From Vicugna vicugna (taxonomy: Eukaryota), in contig MU058557.1 in assembly GCA_013265495.1 (NCBI GenBank), forward strand, positions 62,001 to 126,000: a DNA stretch of 64,000 nt, given 5' to 3'. Of the stretch, positions 52,328-64,000 are shown one piece after another; positions within the stretch are counted from its first letter, which is position 1; every line of letters begins with the position of its first letter. Position numbers and translations under genes: made by a program. Below the pieces are notes generated by a model, which was not told the origin of the DNA, did no database searches, and saw only the letters and a list, made by a program, of their open reading frames with translations.

Positions 52328-55300
52328 CTAGGGCTGGACTTTGCCCTCGGGGTCCTTGTCATAGATGTAGCTGCCCACGGCCCCGGTGTTCACTCCTGCA
52401 GAGACAGGAGGCAAGGGTGGTGGGGAGGGGTGGGGAGGAGGGCCCCTGCATCCCGGACCCTCTGACCACACTCACCCTTGGGTCCGAAAAGTATTCCATA
52501 GCAGGGCTTGTGGCAATAGGGCTGGCCATCGTGCTAGGGACAGGATGGGGGAGTGAGGCGGGGTCCACAGACTCCTCACTCCCCCCTCCTTCCTACTTCC
52601 TCCGGGTCCAGGCGCAGGTTTCCCTGAATCGTCAAGCCCCAAAGCGGTGGCCAGGTCCGCTCACCTGGAGGACTAGCTGGAGGAGAGGACGGCGCCACGC
52701 CACCCACCATCTGCGCGCCCGCCGGCCTGCAGTCTGGCCACCAGGGGGCAGCCCCCACCTCCCGGCGCGGCCCCACCCTCGGCGCCCCACGCCCACCCCT
52801 GAGGGGCGCCCCGCCCCTCCCGTCCAGCCGCCGCTGCGTGCGGCCTCTCACCTCCGCGTGCCCGCCCGGGGTCAGCGTCTTCCCACAGCGCTCGCACCGC
52901 AGGCACGGCCGGTGCCAGTCCTTGCCTAGAGACGTCACCTTCTCGGCTGGGGACAGGCAGAGACGGCGAGGGGTGAGGGGTGAGGGGTGAGGGCCGGCCC
53001 CCACCCCCCACCCCCGGTGGAGACCTCCCAGGGCCTGGGGCTGGGGGCGGCCACTCACCAAAGTACACCCTCTTGTTGCAGCGAGGACACATGTTGGGTT
53101 CCCCGGTGAACGTGGTGACGCTGGAGGCTGGGAGGGAGGAGGAGTCAGGGCGCGACCGAGCCGCTCCGACGCCCCTCCCCCAGATAGGAGCTCACCCCAC
53201 CTTTGCTGGGCCCCTTAGGGGGGCCGCTGGCCTTCCGCTCTTCAGCTCGGGCCACGGGCACCTCGATGGGGCCGGTGACCTGAGGTCTCTCAGCAGAGGG
53301 CTTCTCATAGATGTAGGAGCCGGCACCTCCGATGTTCACACCTGTGGGGTGGCAGTCCTTGTAGGGTGGGTGGCCAGTGGCCTTGTAGCAGCCACTCCCA
53401 ACTTCTCAGAAAAAGGCCCCCACCCAGAGGGCGCCAGTGGGCTGCAGGAGGTTTCTGGGAAAGCCACTGAGGGTGCTGGACCTTCAAGAACGCGAGGGGC
53501 CGTCAGGGCAGGGCCAGCATGGACAATGGCTGGGGAAGGGGGTGTCCCACAGCCCCCAGCGCCCTGCCAGCCCCAAGTCTAGGCTGCACAGAGGACCGAC
53601 ACTGGCCACTCCTCCCCGGTCCAGAGCAGATCGCGGCGGGGCTAGGGGTGGGGCTGGCTGGGCCCAGGCTCACCTTTGGGTCCAAACAGCGTGGCATAGC
53701 AGGGCTTGTGGCAGAACGGCTTCCCGTCGTGCTGGGCAGAGGGGCACGGGGTCAGGGCTGGCGCCTTGGCCTGGGTGCCCGGGCTCCCCCGCCCAGCCCG
53801 GGAGTGGGGGCAGGGAGGCTCACCTCGGCGTGGCCCCCGGGGGTCAGTGTCTTGCCGCAGTGCTCGCACCTGAGGCAGAATCTGTGCCAGTCCTTGCCCA
53901 GGGAGCTCACCTTCTCAGCTGGGGTGGGAGGGGAGGTCAAAGCCGGAGGCCCCCGCCCTCCCACGCTCCGCCACCCCTTCTGTCCACCCCAGTCCTGGGC
54001 AGACCCCCTACCCTGCCCCCTTCATCCTCACCTGGGAGCAGTGGAGCCCACCCACTCTATGCCAAAACCACCGTCCGTTCCTCAGGGGTCCTGCTCTCCC
54101 TTTATGTCGCAGGCACCCTCCTCACCCTGGGTTACGGGCTGGAGTGGGCAACTTGTACAGGGTCCCAGCTCAAGCACCTGTGAACCCCTCAGCATCACAC
54201 CTGCCCCTCCCTCAAACACCCGCCTCGCACACACCTGCATCTCCTAGATACCTGCTTCCCTCACACACACCTATTCCTCCCTCACACACATTCCCAAACC
54301 CTCCAATCGGGCCCTAATGGAGTTGGAAGAGCCCTCCTGCTGAAGGAAGTGGCCTCGGGCCTCCAGACTCCTATGGAGAGGGCAGTTCCTGTGGCCCTGT
54401 GGGACGCTGGTGGGACAGGATGCCTGCCTGTCTATATTTGGCTTCCTCACCCTAAGCTGAGAGCCAACCCCCACCCCTACTCTGCCTCCGGCTGGCTGCT
54501 GCTTGGGCATCCAAGGTCTGAGACCAGCTGCTGAGGGTCACCAGCTGCTGAGGGCCCTCCCTGTCCCCCCTACCTGGTGCTGGGGCTGCTGGGCCACCTC
54601 CCAATGGACGGAAGCTGGGGCTTCCCCAGGGGAGCACAGCAGGAAAAGGGCGGAGAGGACAGGAAGAAAGGCCAGAGTTGGGGCTGTGCTGGAATTCCTC
54701 CCAACTGGAAAAATGCCCGGTCAGAGGCACAGGGAGGATGGGGGTCCGGTGAACTGGGCCCCTCCCACCCTGGCAGAATCTGGCCAATCCCCAAGTGGAG
54801 GCCAAGGACCAGAGGCTCTTCTGGTCCCCCTCACAGAGAGGCCTCCTAGCAGAGCAGGGAGAGAGAGCCTGACCAGGACACCCCAGCCCTGGAAGACCAG
54901 TGGGTGCTGTCAGATGGCACTGAGTCCGGGCAGCCTCCAGGACCACCCGCCACCCCCTTCCCTGGGGGCAGCACAGGCTTAGATCCCTCTGGCCACTCCG
55001 CCTAAGGAGGCTGGGACACAGGCTGGCCAGGTCTCTCTGCCGTCCATGCCAGGGCAGATGGGAGCTGGCCAAGCCCAGTGCAGGCTCGGATCCCATGCCA
55101 GCCTGGCATCCTCTCCCCGTTCTCCTGCTGCCCAGTGGCGGCCGCGGCAGCTGCAGCTCAGGGCTGCCAGAACCACACTGTACTGGCTGGCTGGCCCTGA
55201 GGGTGTGGCCACCTGGGGGCAGGAGAATGACCCTCAGACCCACTGGGCAGGTCAATGGGCCCAGTTGAGGAGGCAGAATCGATGAAGCTAATAATGGCTT

Positions 55301-56977
55301 GGAAGGGAGCTAGCCCCTACGCGGCTGCACAGCTGTTGGGGACACAAAGCCTCGACATCCTGAAGTCACTCTGGGGTGTCCTGGCCTGGGTTCCACTGTG
55401 CGCACACTTGGGGTGTTGGCTGGGGTGCACCCTGATTGGAGGTGGCAGAATGCTGCCGCCACCCCCACCCCCGGCCCCTGCCTCCACGAGTGCCTCCAGA
55501 CCAGGACAGAAGCCAGGGGAGTCTGAGCTGCCTTTGTTTTCTGCTGGGAGCCAGCGGCCGCCCAAGTGGGCAGAAGCGCTTTTCCGGGTTGTCCACCGGA
55601 CTGTCGGCCCGGCTCTGAGCTGGCCTGGCCAGGGGCACAGTTGTGGGCAGTAGGGCTGGCAGGAGGACTGTGGGAGTGTCCCCCACCCTGAGCCTTACAG
55701 GGATGAGCCCTCTCTGGGATGAGGACAGAGGGCTGGGCAGGCTCCCGCCTCAGGAGGCAGCCGGAAGCCCCTAGGCATCCAGCCAGGCCAGAAGCACTCC
55801 AGGCCAAATCCGGTCCCTCCCCTCTGGGAACAGCAAACAACACTGGCCTCCTCCTCCTCCCGCTGGTCAAAGGGGAAGCCAAGTAGCCATCTTCATCTCG
55901 GCCTGTGGCCATCCCAGACCTGACCACTGTCCCTAGGATGACAAGAGAAGGGTCCCCTGTCTGTCCCTGTCCGTCCCTGCCCTTCTGGCCATGCTGGCTT
56001 CTGCCACTAAGTCCGTAGGTCGGTCTGTGTGGGTCTTGTGAGGAGGGTGGGTGGGCAGGGATTCTGCGGCATCAGCCAGGATGAGGGAAAGTGGTGGAGT
56101 AAACCAGAAGTCAGGGTGGGAGCGCCAGGGAGTGGATGAACAAGTGCTGGGGGTGCCGCCTACCCAGGGGGCATCCTGGCAGAGACAGCCCCCATCCTAC
56201 CTCCTCCTGTCTGCCGCTGTTCTAACCTTGAGGAAGAAAGGGGCCTGGCCACTTGGGCTCCAGCGTCCTCTCCTGCTTGTGGGGACTCGCTTGTCACCCC
56301 ACCCCACCCGCAGTTAAGTCCCGGGGGAACTTGTGCCAAGGAAGGGAATGCGTTGGGACACGCTGGAAGTAGAGGCCAAGGTCGCCCCCGCGTGGACTGA
56401 GTCCAGACGGAGCCCAGATCTGGTCCAGCCCTGCGTGGGCAGAGGTCGGGGTGAGGGTTGGGGGTCACGGTTGGGGGCGACGCCGGCCGGGCCACGTGTC
56501 CGCGGGGCTGGGGTCCGTGTGGAAGGGCCGAGAAGGGCAGGAGCGTTCGAGAGGGGCCCCAAGCGAGCGTGCTGCCCTGCCTAACCTCGCCCCGCTCGGC
56601 ACCGCCTGGAGGACCGCGATGCGCCCGCGACCCCAGAGAGAGATTCCCCAAATCCGGGCTCATCCCGGGGGGAACAACGCGCCCCTGCCCGACTGGCCTC
56701 CAGGCCCCACCCCGCCCATATCGGCCGCTTCGGGGTTCGGGAGTAGCCGCCCCAACCTCGTCGCCGCTCCACCCTCCCACCGCACCCGCGTGGGCAGCAC
56801 GGCAAGCTGGGTCGGGACCGCGCATCATGGGGCGGCGGCCGGGCGCTCTCGGAGTAGTGCGACGGGCGCGCGGATCTGCAGCAGGGAGCTGACCGCGAAG
56901 GGCGGCGGGGCGCTGGCCGGGCCTGGGCACTCACCGAAGTACACGGTCTTGTCACACTTGGGGCACTTGGAGGCCAT
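52328..56977 (-). CDS. CRIP2: Cysteine-rich protein 2 (two LIM domains), 8 exons, 208 aa
   Basis: Exons 56977-56935, 53918-53824, 53731-53674, 53341-53201, 53127-53059, 52946-52852, 52533-52476 and 52395-52328 total 627 nt, all GT-AG. Protein [35 protein letters not shown]...[15 protein letters not shown]. Confidence 0.97.
52735..52752 (+). promoter_or_regulatory. Consensus CTCF motif in CRIP2 intron 6
   Basis: TGGCCACCAGGGGGCAGC matches the CTCF core consensus. Confidence 0.65.
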
Positions 56978-57029
56978 GGTCCGTGCGCCCGCTGGGCCCG
57001 TATCCTCCACCCGCTCCTGTCTCCGCGCC

Positions 57030-57030
<1 letters not shown>

Positions 57031-57060
<30 letters not shown>
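57031..57060 (-). repeat. (CGG)~10 repeat in the CRIP2 5' UTR/promoter
   Basis: An uninterrupted (CGC)n tract about 55 nt upstream of the ATG. Confidence 0.9.
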
Positions 57061-57078
57061 GCCAGCCCCGCCCGCCCC

Positions 57079-57105
57079 NNNNNNNNNNNNNNNNNNNNNN
57101 NNNNN
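57079..57105. other. Assembly gap (27 N)
   Basis: Run of N between GC-box repeats. Confidence 1.
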
Positions 57106-60100
57106 GCCCCGCCCGCCCCGCCCGCCGGGCTGCCCATGCGCCAATTGGCTCCGCGGCCGGGGCGGGGCGTCGGGAGCCCGCCCTCGGGGTCCGGCCGCCC
57201 TGGACGCCCCGGGGGCGGGGGCGCACCTGCCGGGGCGGACAGGGGGCACCCGGACCGGCCTGGCGCCCCTCGGCCGCGCGCTCAAGGTGGCCTCGGTCGG
57301 GGCCCGCCAGCTCTTCGCCTATTTCCATGGCAACGTCGGGGCAGCCGGCGAGGCTGCAGCGTGGGGCGGAGTCCGCGGCCCCCTTGACCGGGAAGGTCCT
57401 GGCCAGCGGGGCCTCGGCCCGGAAGGGCGGCGTCCGGACACGCAGACTGACGCCCCGACGGCGGACCGGCCCGCCTCGCACGGTCCTGGCGCCCAGGTCC
57501 CCGGAGGACCCTACCCCACCCTGCCGCGCGCCACCGCCGCTCTTCCCTTTGTTGCTTGGTTTCTATAGCAACGGCCGCGCGACCGGATCTGAGCGGGATT
57601 CCCGGCGGGCGCGCCACCGGGTCCGGGTCCAGGCCCAGTGCCGGCCCCGCCGCGCGCCCCGGCCCCGCCTAACACTGTCAGTGGTGCTGAAGTCTCAGCG
57701 GGTGGAGGGCAGGGCGCCTGCCACTTCCAAAAACATCGCGAGAGAAACTACTGGAAGGGTGTGGAGGAGGGGTGACTGGCAGCGAGGAGACCCGCAGGGC
57801 TGTGCTGCAGGCTCTGAAGGTGCCCTCCCCAAGCTCCTTCAGCCGAGGGCCGTAGGGCTGGGAGGAGAGGAGCTCCAGGATGGGGAGCTCCCGGAGTGTC
57901 CTCCCTGCAGGTGCTGTGGCCAAGTCCACCAACACTGCCTCGGCATTCCCACTCCACCCCCCCAGGACGCCTGCCTTGGGCACCCCTCCTCTAGGCCTAC
58001 TAGCTTAGGGCCTGGGGCATCTGACTTCCAGCCTCCCGGTCCCAGGGTGGGCTGGGGAGCTAAGGACCTCCCCCGGGGGGGGCCCCAGTCCGCCTGCTGG
58101 CAGGGCCATCCTGACCACTCCCACCCCTGCCTCCACCCAGAAGCCATGTAGACCCTGGCCCTAACCCCCAGAGGGCGTGGGGCACTTGGAGGGCCCTGGG
58201 GCCACCTCCTCGTAGGCTCTTTTCCAGGCCTCCCTCCCCAGCTGAGCCTCCACTCTGGCGGTTGGACAGACCCCCCAAGCTCAGATGACCCAGCCTGGGC
58301 AGCCAGCTGCAGTCCCCTCACCCCCTGCCCTGTGTCCTTGAGGCTTCGTGCCAACACTGAGGCCTGCCCCCCACTGCTTACTGCCCCCAGCGCCTGCTCC
58401 TGGCCCCGGGAGACACGGTGCTCACAGGATGGATGAGTGTGCTGGCCCTGGCCGCCTCCTTGCACTCACATTCTTCAGCCACTGCCATTTCCGTGAGTGA
58501 AGACAATAGCCCAGAAACAGGTGCTCCTCCCACCCCCAAGCCCGCCTGACCAGCTGGACTGGCCCCCTCTCCCTCTGCGCTCCAGCTCTGGCACTGCGCC
58601 AGCCAGGGGGAAGACAGGTGGGGAGGCCTTAGCAGGCCTCTTCTTGAACGAGGTGGCTGGCATGGGGCTCCCCGCAGGTCAGTTATTCACTGCCTGCTCC
58701 TTGCTCAGGCTGGGCATCCGGTGTCTCTGACTAATTCATAGGCCCACTGCCCCCACCTGGCACCCAGTGCCATGTCCTCTGCAGCTTGGGGGCTCCTGCG
58801 GAACCCCGGGCATCAGCCTCCCTGACTCCACCCGCCCCCTAAAATTTGCAGTAGTGCTGTGGAGGGTGGGCTGGTTGGGCACAGGTGTCTTCTGGAAGGA
58901 GGCTACCTGTGGGAGGGGGCCCTGAGGCCCCAGGCCTGCTGGGAGAGTGAAGGGGGGTGGAGCAAAGGAGTGGCATTCAGCCCTGGCCTAGTGCCCTGGA
59001 GACAGGACCGGAGAGTGGGGCTGCAAAGGCACCCCACCTCCCAGCTGCAGGCCCTGGGCTGATGGGAAAGGGCACAAATCCCCGGACGCCATCTCCCTGG
59101 GCACTGAGGGCTGCAGCCTGGGTCAGGCACAGGCCGTGGGCTCCCAGTGAGTAGGCCATGGGGCTGGATGAGGACAGCAGGGTTCAGGGGAAGCAGGCAG
59201 GGCCCTGAGGTGGCCAGGCCAGGTGGCCAGCTGTGGAGGCAGGTCTCTCCTCTGGGGCCAGTGGCCTGGCGCCCTGTGAATCACCTGGCGTCCCAGTAGC
59301 GTTGGAAATGACCACGCAGGGCCCTCAGAGCAGTGCTCAGTGGGGGACGGTGGGGGGCCCCAGGCAAGGCAGGCCTCCAGGCTGAGCTCATCATGCGGAC
59401 TCTTGCCTGCATGAGCCGTGAGCCGCCAGGCCCTGGGATCTGGGGGATGATGCGGCAACCTGCTGGGCCTACCAGAACAGGGCAGAGCCAGCAATCGCAC
59501 TCCTAGGTGCCCAGGACCTTGCTGCCCCAACCAGTGCCCACTCCCCATCCCATTCCTAGGCCTGGCTCAGACCCACCAGGCACCCCAGAGGGGGACACGC
59601 AGCCCAGGCCCTACCAAGCCTGGCAGTGGTATGATGTGGGTGGAGGACCCTGACTTTTCTCAGGGTCTGCCTGTACTTGGGACAGAGGTCTCAGCCAGGA
59701 AGTGGGCCTGGGGGAGGGGGGAAGAATCTGGGGCTAAAGACAACCCTCTCCTCCCCACTCCATCCCCAGACCCCAGGATTGGAAAAGGCCCCAGAGGAAG
59801 CTAGTCTTTCTCAAGGTCACCAGCCTGGTCTCCCAGCCCCCGCGGACACTGCAACAAAGGCCTGGGGCAGTGGGGGCGGGGGTGGCACCAGGACTGCAGA
59901 TTAGAATTAGCGGGGGTGGGGGTGGGGGTGGGGGCCCACGGCAGGCTCTGGGAGGGAGACCAGGACTCCCCTTATCTGTCTCCAGTCAGGGGCCAGAATA
60001 GCTTCTATTTTAATTCTCCAGCTGAGATATCTACATGGCACAGTGGGGTTGGGGGAGCAGGAGGCAGCGCTCAGGCAGGCGGAAGCCCCCTCAGGGAGGG

Positions 60101-60767
60101 CCAAGCTGACTCCTCTCCAGGCCAGTGGAGGCGGCACAGCCTAAGACCTGTCTGTCCCTCCCGGCCCTGCCCTCCAGTGGCTGACCAGGCCACACCTGTC
60201 CCGTGGGCCTGCCAGGGTGTGTGCGGGGGCCGCCCAAGATAGGATTTCTGAAAATGAACTCAAGTCTGAGCAGACTCTCCCTGCAGAAACTCCACACCTG
60301 CTAGCGGTGGCCCTGCACTCCTGGCAGGGCTCCTTGGACAGCTGGGCAGGGCTCTGCCAGGAGCAGGAAGGTGGGCCGGGCTGACCCGGCTCTGCTGGCC
60401 ACCCCGACAGGAGCCAGGCACCTGCCACTCTGGTCCCAGGCCAGGTCCAGGCCACCCCTGCCTTGGACAGACACAGGGTCTCATACATGGAGTCTCCCCA
60501 GTGTGAGACCCTGAGCCCTGCTCCCAGGGGAGGGTGCTGGGTGCCGGGCCAGGGCCCACAGAGCAGCTGAGCCCCTAGGCTGCCAGGAGGCCCGCACGGT
60601 GTGGGCCACACGCCATCACTGCCCAGCAGGCCTGGGAGAGTCTAGGCTAGAAGCGCCCTCCAGACCCACCTTGGCAAGGGAGTCCAAGATGGAGAGCGAC
60701 TGGGGACAAAGACATGGGAAAGGCTGGTTGGTTTTGTGTTTTTATGAGTTTTTTTTCCTTTGTTTTT

Positions 60768-60773
60768 TTTAAT
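60768..60773 (-). terminator. MTA1: Probable MTA1 polyadenylation signal ATTAAA
   Basis: TTTAAT on the + strand at the end of the AT-rich 3' UTR. Confidence 0.55.
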
Positions 60774-61121
60774 ATGAAAATTACTTGAAAAGACAAGGGA
60801 CCAACCCCACCAGGCAGCTCGGCCGGCCAATGGCCATGCCGATCCTAACATTCCAGGTGTAAGTTACAGAGCTTAAGTTCATCTACAAAAAAAGTAATAA
60901 AAATAAAATTTAAAATGGCACCTTCAACAGAACACAACAAGACTTGCGGCCGGCCCACGAGGCCCGCGGTGCAGAGCAGGCGCCCGGGGCGGCTCCTCAG
61001 CTCAGCTCCGCTCCGGCCAAAAAGTAAACTCAAAGCTAAAAACGACTCCTCGGCGGCTTGGAGCGGGTCTCCGCGCTTCTCCCCGAGCAGCCGAGGAGCA
61101 GTTTCTCTGCAGCCGGGCACC

Positions 61122-61699
61122 CTAGTCCTCGATGACAATAGGCTCGTCGTTGACGGGTGCGGGCGGCGGCCGCAGCGGCAGGGCCTGGCTCTGGCGCAGG
61201 GCGATGGGCTTGTAGGGCCGGCGGGCCGCGCGCTTGGTCTCGGAGGACGAGAGCAGCTTGCGGATCTTCCTGCAGGAGAGAAAGCAGACCCTGAGTGAGG
61301 GGGATGCGGCAGCCCCTGGCCCCTGCCCCCTGCCCGCCCGCCCGCCGGCCCGGGAGGCCCCACCTGGTTTCCTCGGTGGCCATGTAGAACACGTCATCAG
61401 GGGCGTCGATCCAGTTCATCCGCCGCCGCTTGACGGGGGGCAGGGATCCCCCCCGGATCAGGCGCACCTTGGTGGGGTACGCCTTCCCGTTGAGCAGGAG
61501 GTTCCGGCTTGGTCCCTGTAGCCACAGAGGTGTAAGGGCCCAGCCTGGGGCCTCCCCACCGCCTGCCCCTCCTCTGGTCCCCCCAGGCCTCCCAGATGCT
61601 CCCGCCCAAGCCTCCCTCCCAAACGCGTGTGCGCAGCATATGGAGCGCAGGGGTCTCTCCCTCTTACCATGTGCCTGGTCTGTCCGTGGTTCGCCAGAC
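61122..61699 (-). CDS. MTA1: Metastasis-associated protein 1 (NuRD subunit), last three coding exons; gene continues beyond the window
   Basis: Exons 61699-61668 (GLANHGQTRHM), 61515-61364 (GPSRNLLLNGKAYPTKVRLIRGGSLPPVKRRRMNWIDAPDDVFYMATEET) and 61269-61122 (KIRKLLSS...PVNDEPIVIED*). Phases are consistent. Confidence 0.96.
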
Positions 61700-62538
61700 C
61701 TGACGAGGGAAGGACAGAGACTGAGGCCCTTCGTCCACAACCACGTGCTCCCAGAGGACCCGCCACTGAGAAGCAGGAGCCCTGGGCCATGCCCCCAACA
61801 AGGCTGCAGCCTACATCAGGCACGCCTCAGCTCCCCTGGTCCTCGCCTCACCCAGGGGGAGAGGCACCAGCCTGGGCTCTGAGTGGGGGACCGAGGACAT
61901 GAGTCTCGACCTGAGCTCCCTCCCTGGCCTGAGGGGGTGGGGATGAGTGGAACCCGGTTTACACAGCACATGTAAATACACCCGGGCCAGAACCTCTCTG
62001 CAGGGCGGCCACCCCTTGGGCAGCACTGCCCAGACCCCAAGAGGCTGAGCCCAGAGGGCTCCAAGCCGCCCTCACTGACCCTGGAACCAGCTGACAGGAG
62101 CCCCTAGAAGTGACCAGGCTTCGGCCAGGACACTGGCGTTTCCATCCTGTGGGCGGGGGCTGCTGGAGCCATAAGCCTCTGCTGGTGACTCAGGAAACAC
62201 CTTGTCTGGTCATGGTTCATACACCAGATGGGTGCCCAAGACCTGTGACTCCCAAGTGCACGTGGAGTGAGTCCAAGGTGCGAGGTCATGTAAGCGTATC
62301 AGTGTGTAAGCGTGTGTGGTCATGTGAGCTAGTCTCCACCACATGTGCCCAGCCAGAGGTCCCCCAGGACCAGCTCTTCCCAAAGGGCTTCTTGGCCGAG
62401 GTTTGTCTCCTGAAGCGTAGAAACGAGCTGCCCAGCCCTCCGCCCTGGAAACCGCCTCCTAACTCAGGGTCTCCCCAGCCCCCGGCAGACGGAGGGGCCA
62501 CGGCTCCCAGCCCACAGCCCAGGCCCTGCACTACTTAC

Positions 62539-62550
62539 CCAGGTAGGTGC
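62539..62550 (-). CDS. MTA1: Candidate 12-nt MTA1 microexon (adds G-T-Y-L)
   Basis: Minus strand reads GCTAAC branch point, pyrimidine tract, TGC, then TAG|GCACCTACCTGG|GTAAGT. Phase 1-1 fits the downstream exon. Confidence 0.75.
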
Positions 62551-64000
62551 CTATCAGAGGGGTGGGCAGCGGGGGAAAGAAAGCACAGGTTAGCATCAGG
62601 AGTGAATGCGTGCACCGGCGGGCCAGGAGGCAGGTGTGGGGTGCATAGCATGGGCGCGTGGGGGGTGGGCTAGTGAGTTAAGGCTCCAGCAGTGCCAGGG
62701 GCCGGGCCCTCGCCCAGTTAGCTTCCATCTGCCCCCCGGCCACCCCGCAGGACCCCAAGTGGGCCCCTGATACCCCCAGGACCCGCCCGCACATCAACTT
62801 TGTAAAACCCAACAGAACTAAATGGACTTTATCCCTCCTGCTAATTAGCGTTTTTTCACACAGAGTCCCAAACCCAAAGCTATCTGCTGACAAGCACCCG
62901 TCTGCTCTCCTGTGATCAGACCACTGCGGGGGTGCCTGTCGTGGTGGGCAGCCCACTGGCAGGCGGCCGTGGGGCTGATCAAGGAGGGTGTGGCTGGGCT
63001 GAGATGCAGCTGGCTCCCGCCCTTGGACCCCGACCGAGGGGCTGGTGGATGAGGCGGAGGGACAGGGGGCCTGGGGCCGCCGAGAGAGCCTGTGTCCAGA
63101 CGGAGTGAGACGGCAGGATCTGGCACCAGCGCTATTGGCTGACCCCATAGGACGTGCCTACCGGGGCTCCCAGACACGGCCTAGAGGGAATGCCCAGGTG
63201 AACAGGGCTGGGCTGGACGCCACTGCCCTCTGCCACCTCCCAGGACCCCGTGTCTGGCCCACCTCCCTCAGATCCCAGGAGAGGATCAAACACGGTCTTC
63301 CCCTTGGCCAGCCCTCCCACGGCCCACAGCCCTCAAGCCCTGAGCCTGTGGAGGGCTCTGGGTATGTGCACGCTGGGGGCGCACAGCACTGGGGTGCCAC
63401 TCTGGAACTGGCCTCCCTATCCTGAAGGGCTGGCTGGAGGAGCTCCAAGTGCATTTCCCGTGTCCCCACCCCCCAGCCTGGCTCCCTGTCTGCCTTCCCG
63501 GCGCGGTCTTGCCGTGGGCTGACTTTCGGGGCACCGGGGCCCACAGGGCTGATGTGTCCCTCCCTGCCACGTGGTCCCTCCCCTGAGGACCCCACGCTAG
63601 AGCTGCCCAGGGCCCATGAACACACCTCCCCTAGCTAAGGGGGCAAAACCCAAGCTCTGGGTGACTGAGGGGACAGCGCCAGTGGAACCCTGATGATCAG
63701 AAGCCTCCTCCTGAGGTGCCCACCCAGTGCCCGATGGGGTAAGATTCCCATGGCGGCCCCCCATCCCGCACTACCTTCATGGCCTCAGTGACTTGGGAGA
63801 GGGCACTGCTACCTCACCTCCAGGACCCCCACCGCACCACGCCAGCCACACCACGGCTGTCCTATCTGCCTATGAGGGGCCCGGGGTCCCGCAGCCCCCC
63901 ACCGGGCAAGGGCGCAGGCGGGGGTTGCAGGCACAGCAAAGGCGGGCACGTGAGCTGAGGCTGGCAGCATGCGGGCGGTCACAGCACGACGCAGACGGTA

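Larger units (their letters stand above)
56380..57670 (-). promoter_or_regulatory. CRIP2: CRIP2 CpG-island promoter
   Basis: Very CpG-rich, with GC boxes, CCAATTGG at 57141, and X-box-like motifs at 57321-57334 and 57559-57572. Confidence 0.75.

Noticed and set aside
56451..58151. 566-aa ORF
   Set aside because: CpG-island artefact, antisense to CRIP2 exon 1, and it spans an N gap.

Overview
GC-rich mammalian genomic DNA, most likely a camelid (inferred from six copies of a tRNA-derived SINE resembling camelid Vic-1). It is syntenic with human 14q32.33, where this gene block flanks the 3' end of the immunoglobulin heavy-chain (IGH) locus. All five protein-coding genes are on the minus strand. 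From right to left: the 3' end of MTA1 (including a candidate 12-nt microexon), CRIP2 (8 exons, 208 aa), CRIP1 (77 aa), TEDC1 (8 coding exons, 419 aa) and TMEM121 (single coding exon, 318 aa). Intergenic DNA holds processed pseudogenes of H3-3A and RPS27, an L1 copy with ORF1 but almost no ORF2, other L1/LTR/DNA-transposon remnants and SINEs. No new gene system is supportable. The most interesting signals are: the MTA1 microexon; an oriented cluster of CTCF-like motifs where the IGH 3' boundary is expected; strong AT->GC drift in three independent retrocopies, which created a CTCF motif inside the H3.3 pseudogene; telomeric repeats inside a SINE head; a stacked insertion at one target site; and a duplicated promoter-side block with asymmetric CpG decay. 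Gene and repeat identities come from recalled sequence knowledge, not from database searches.
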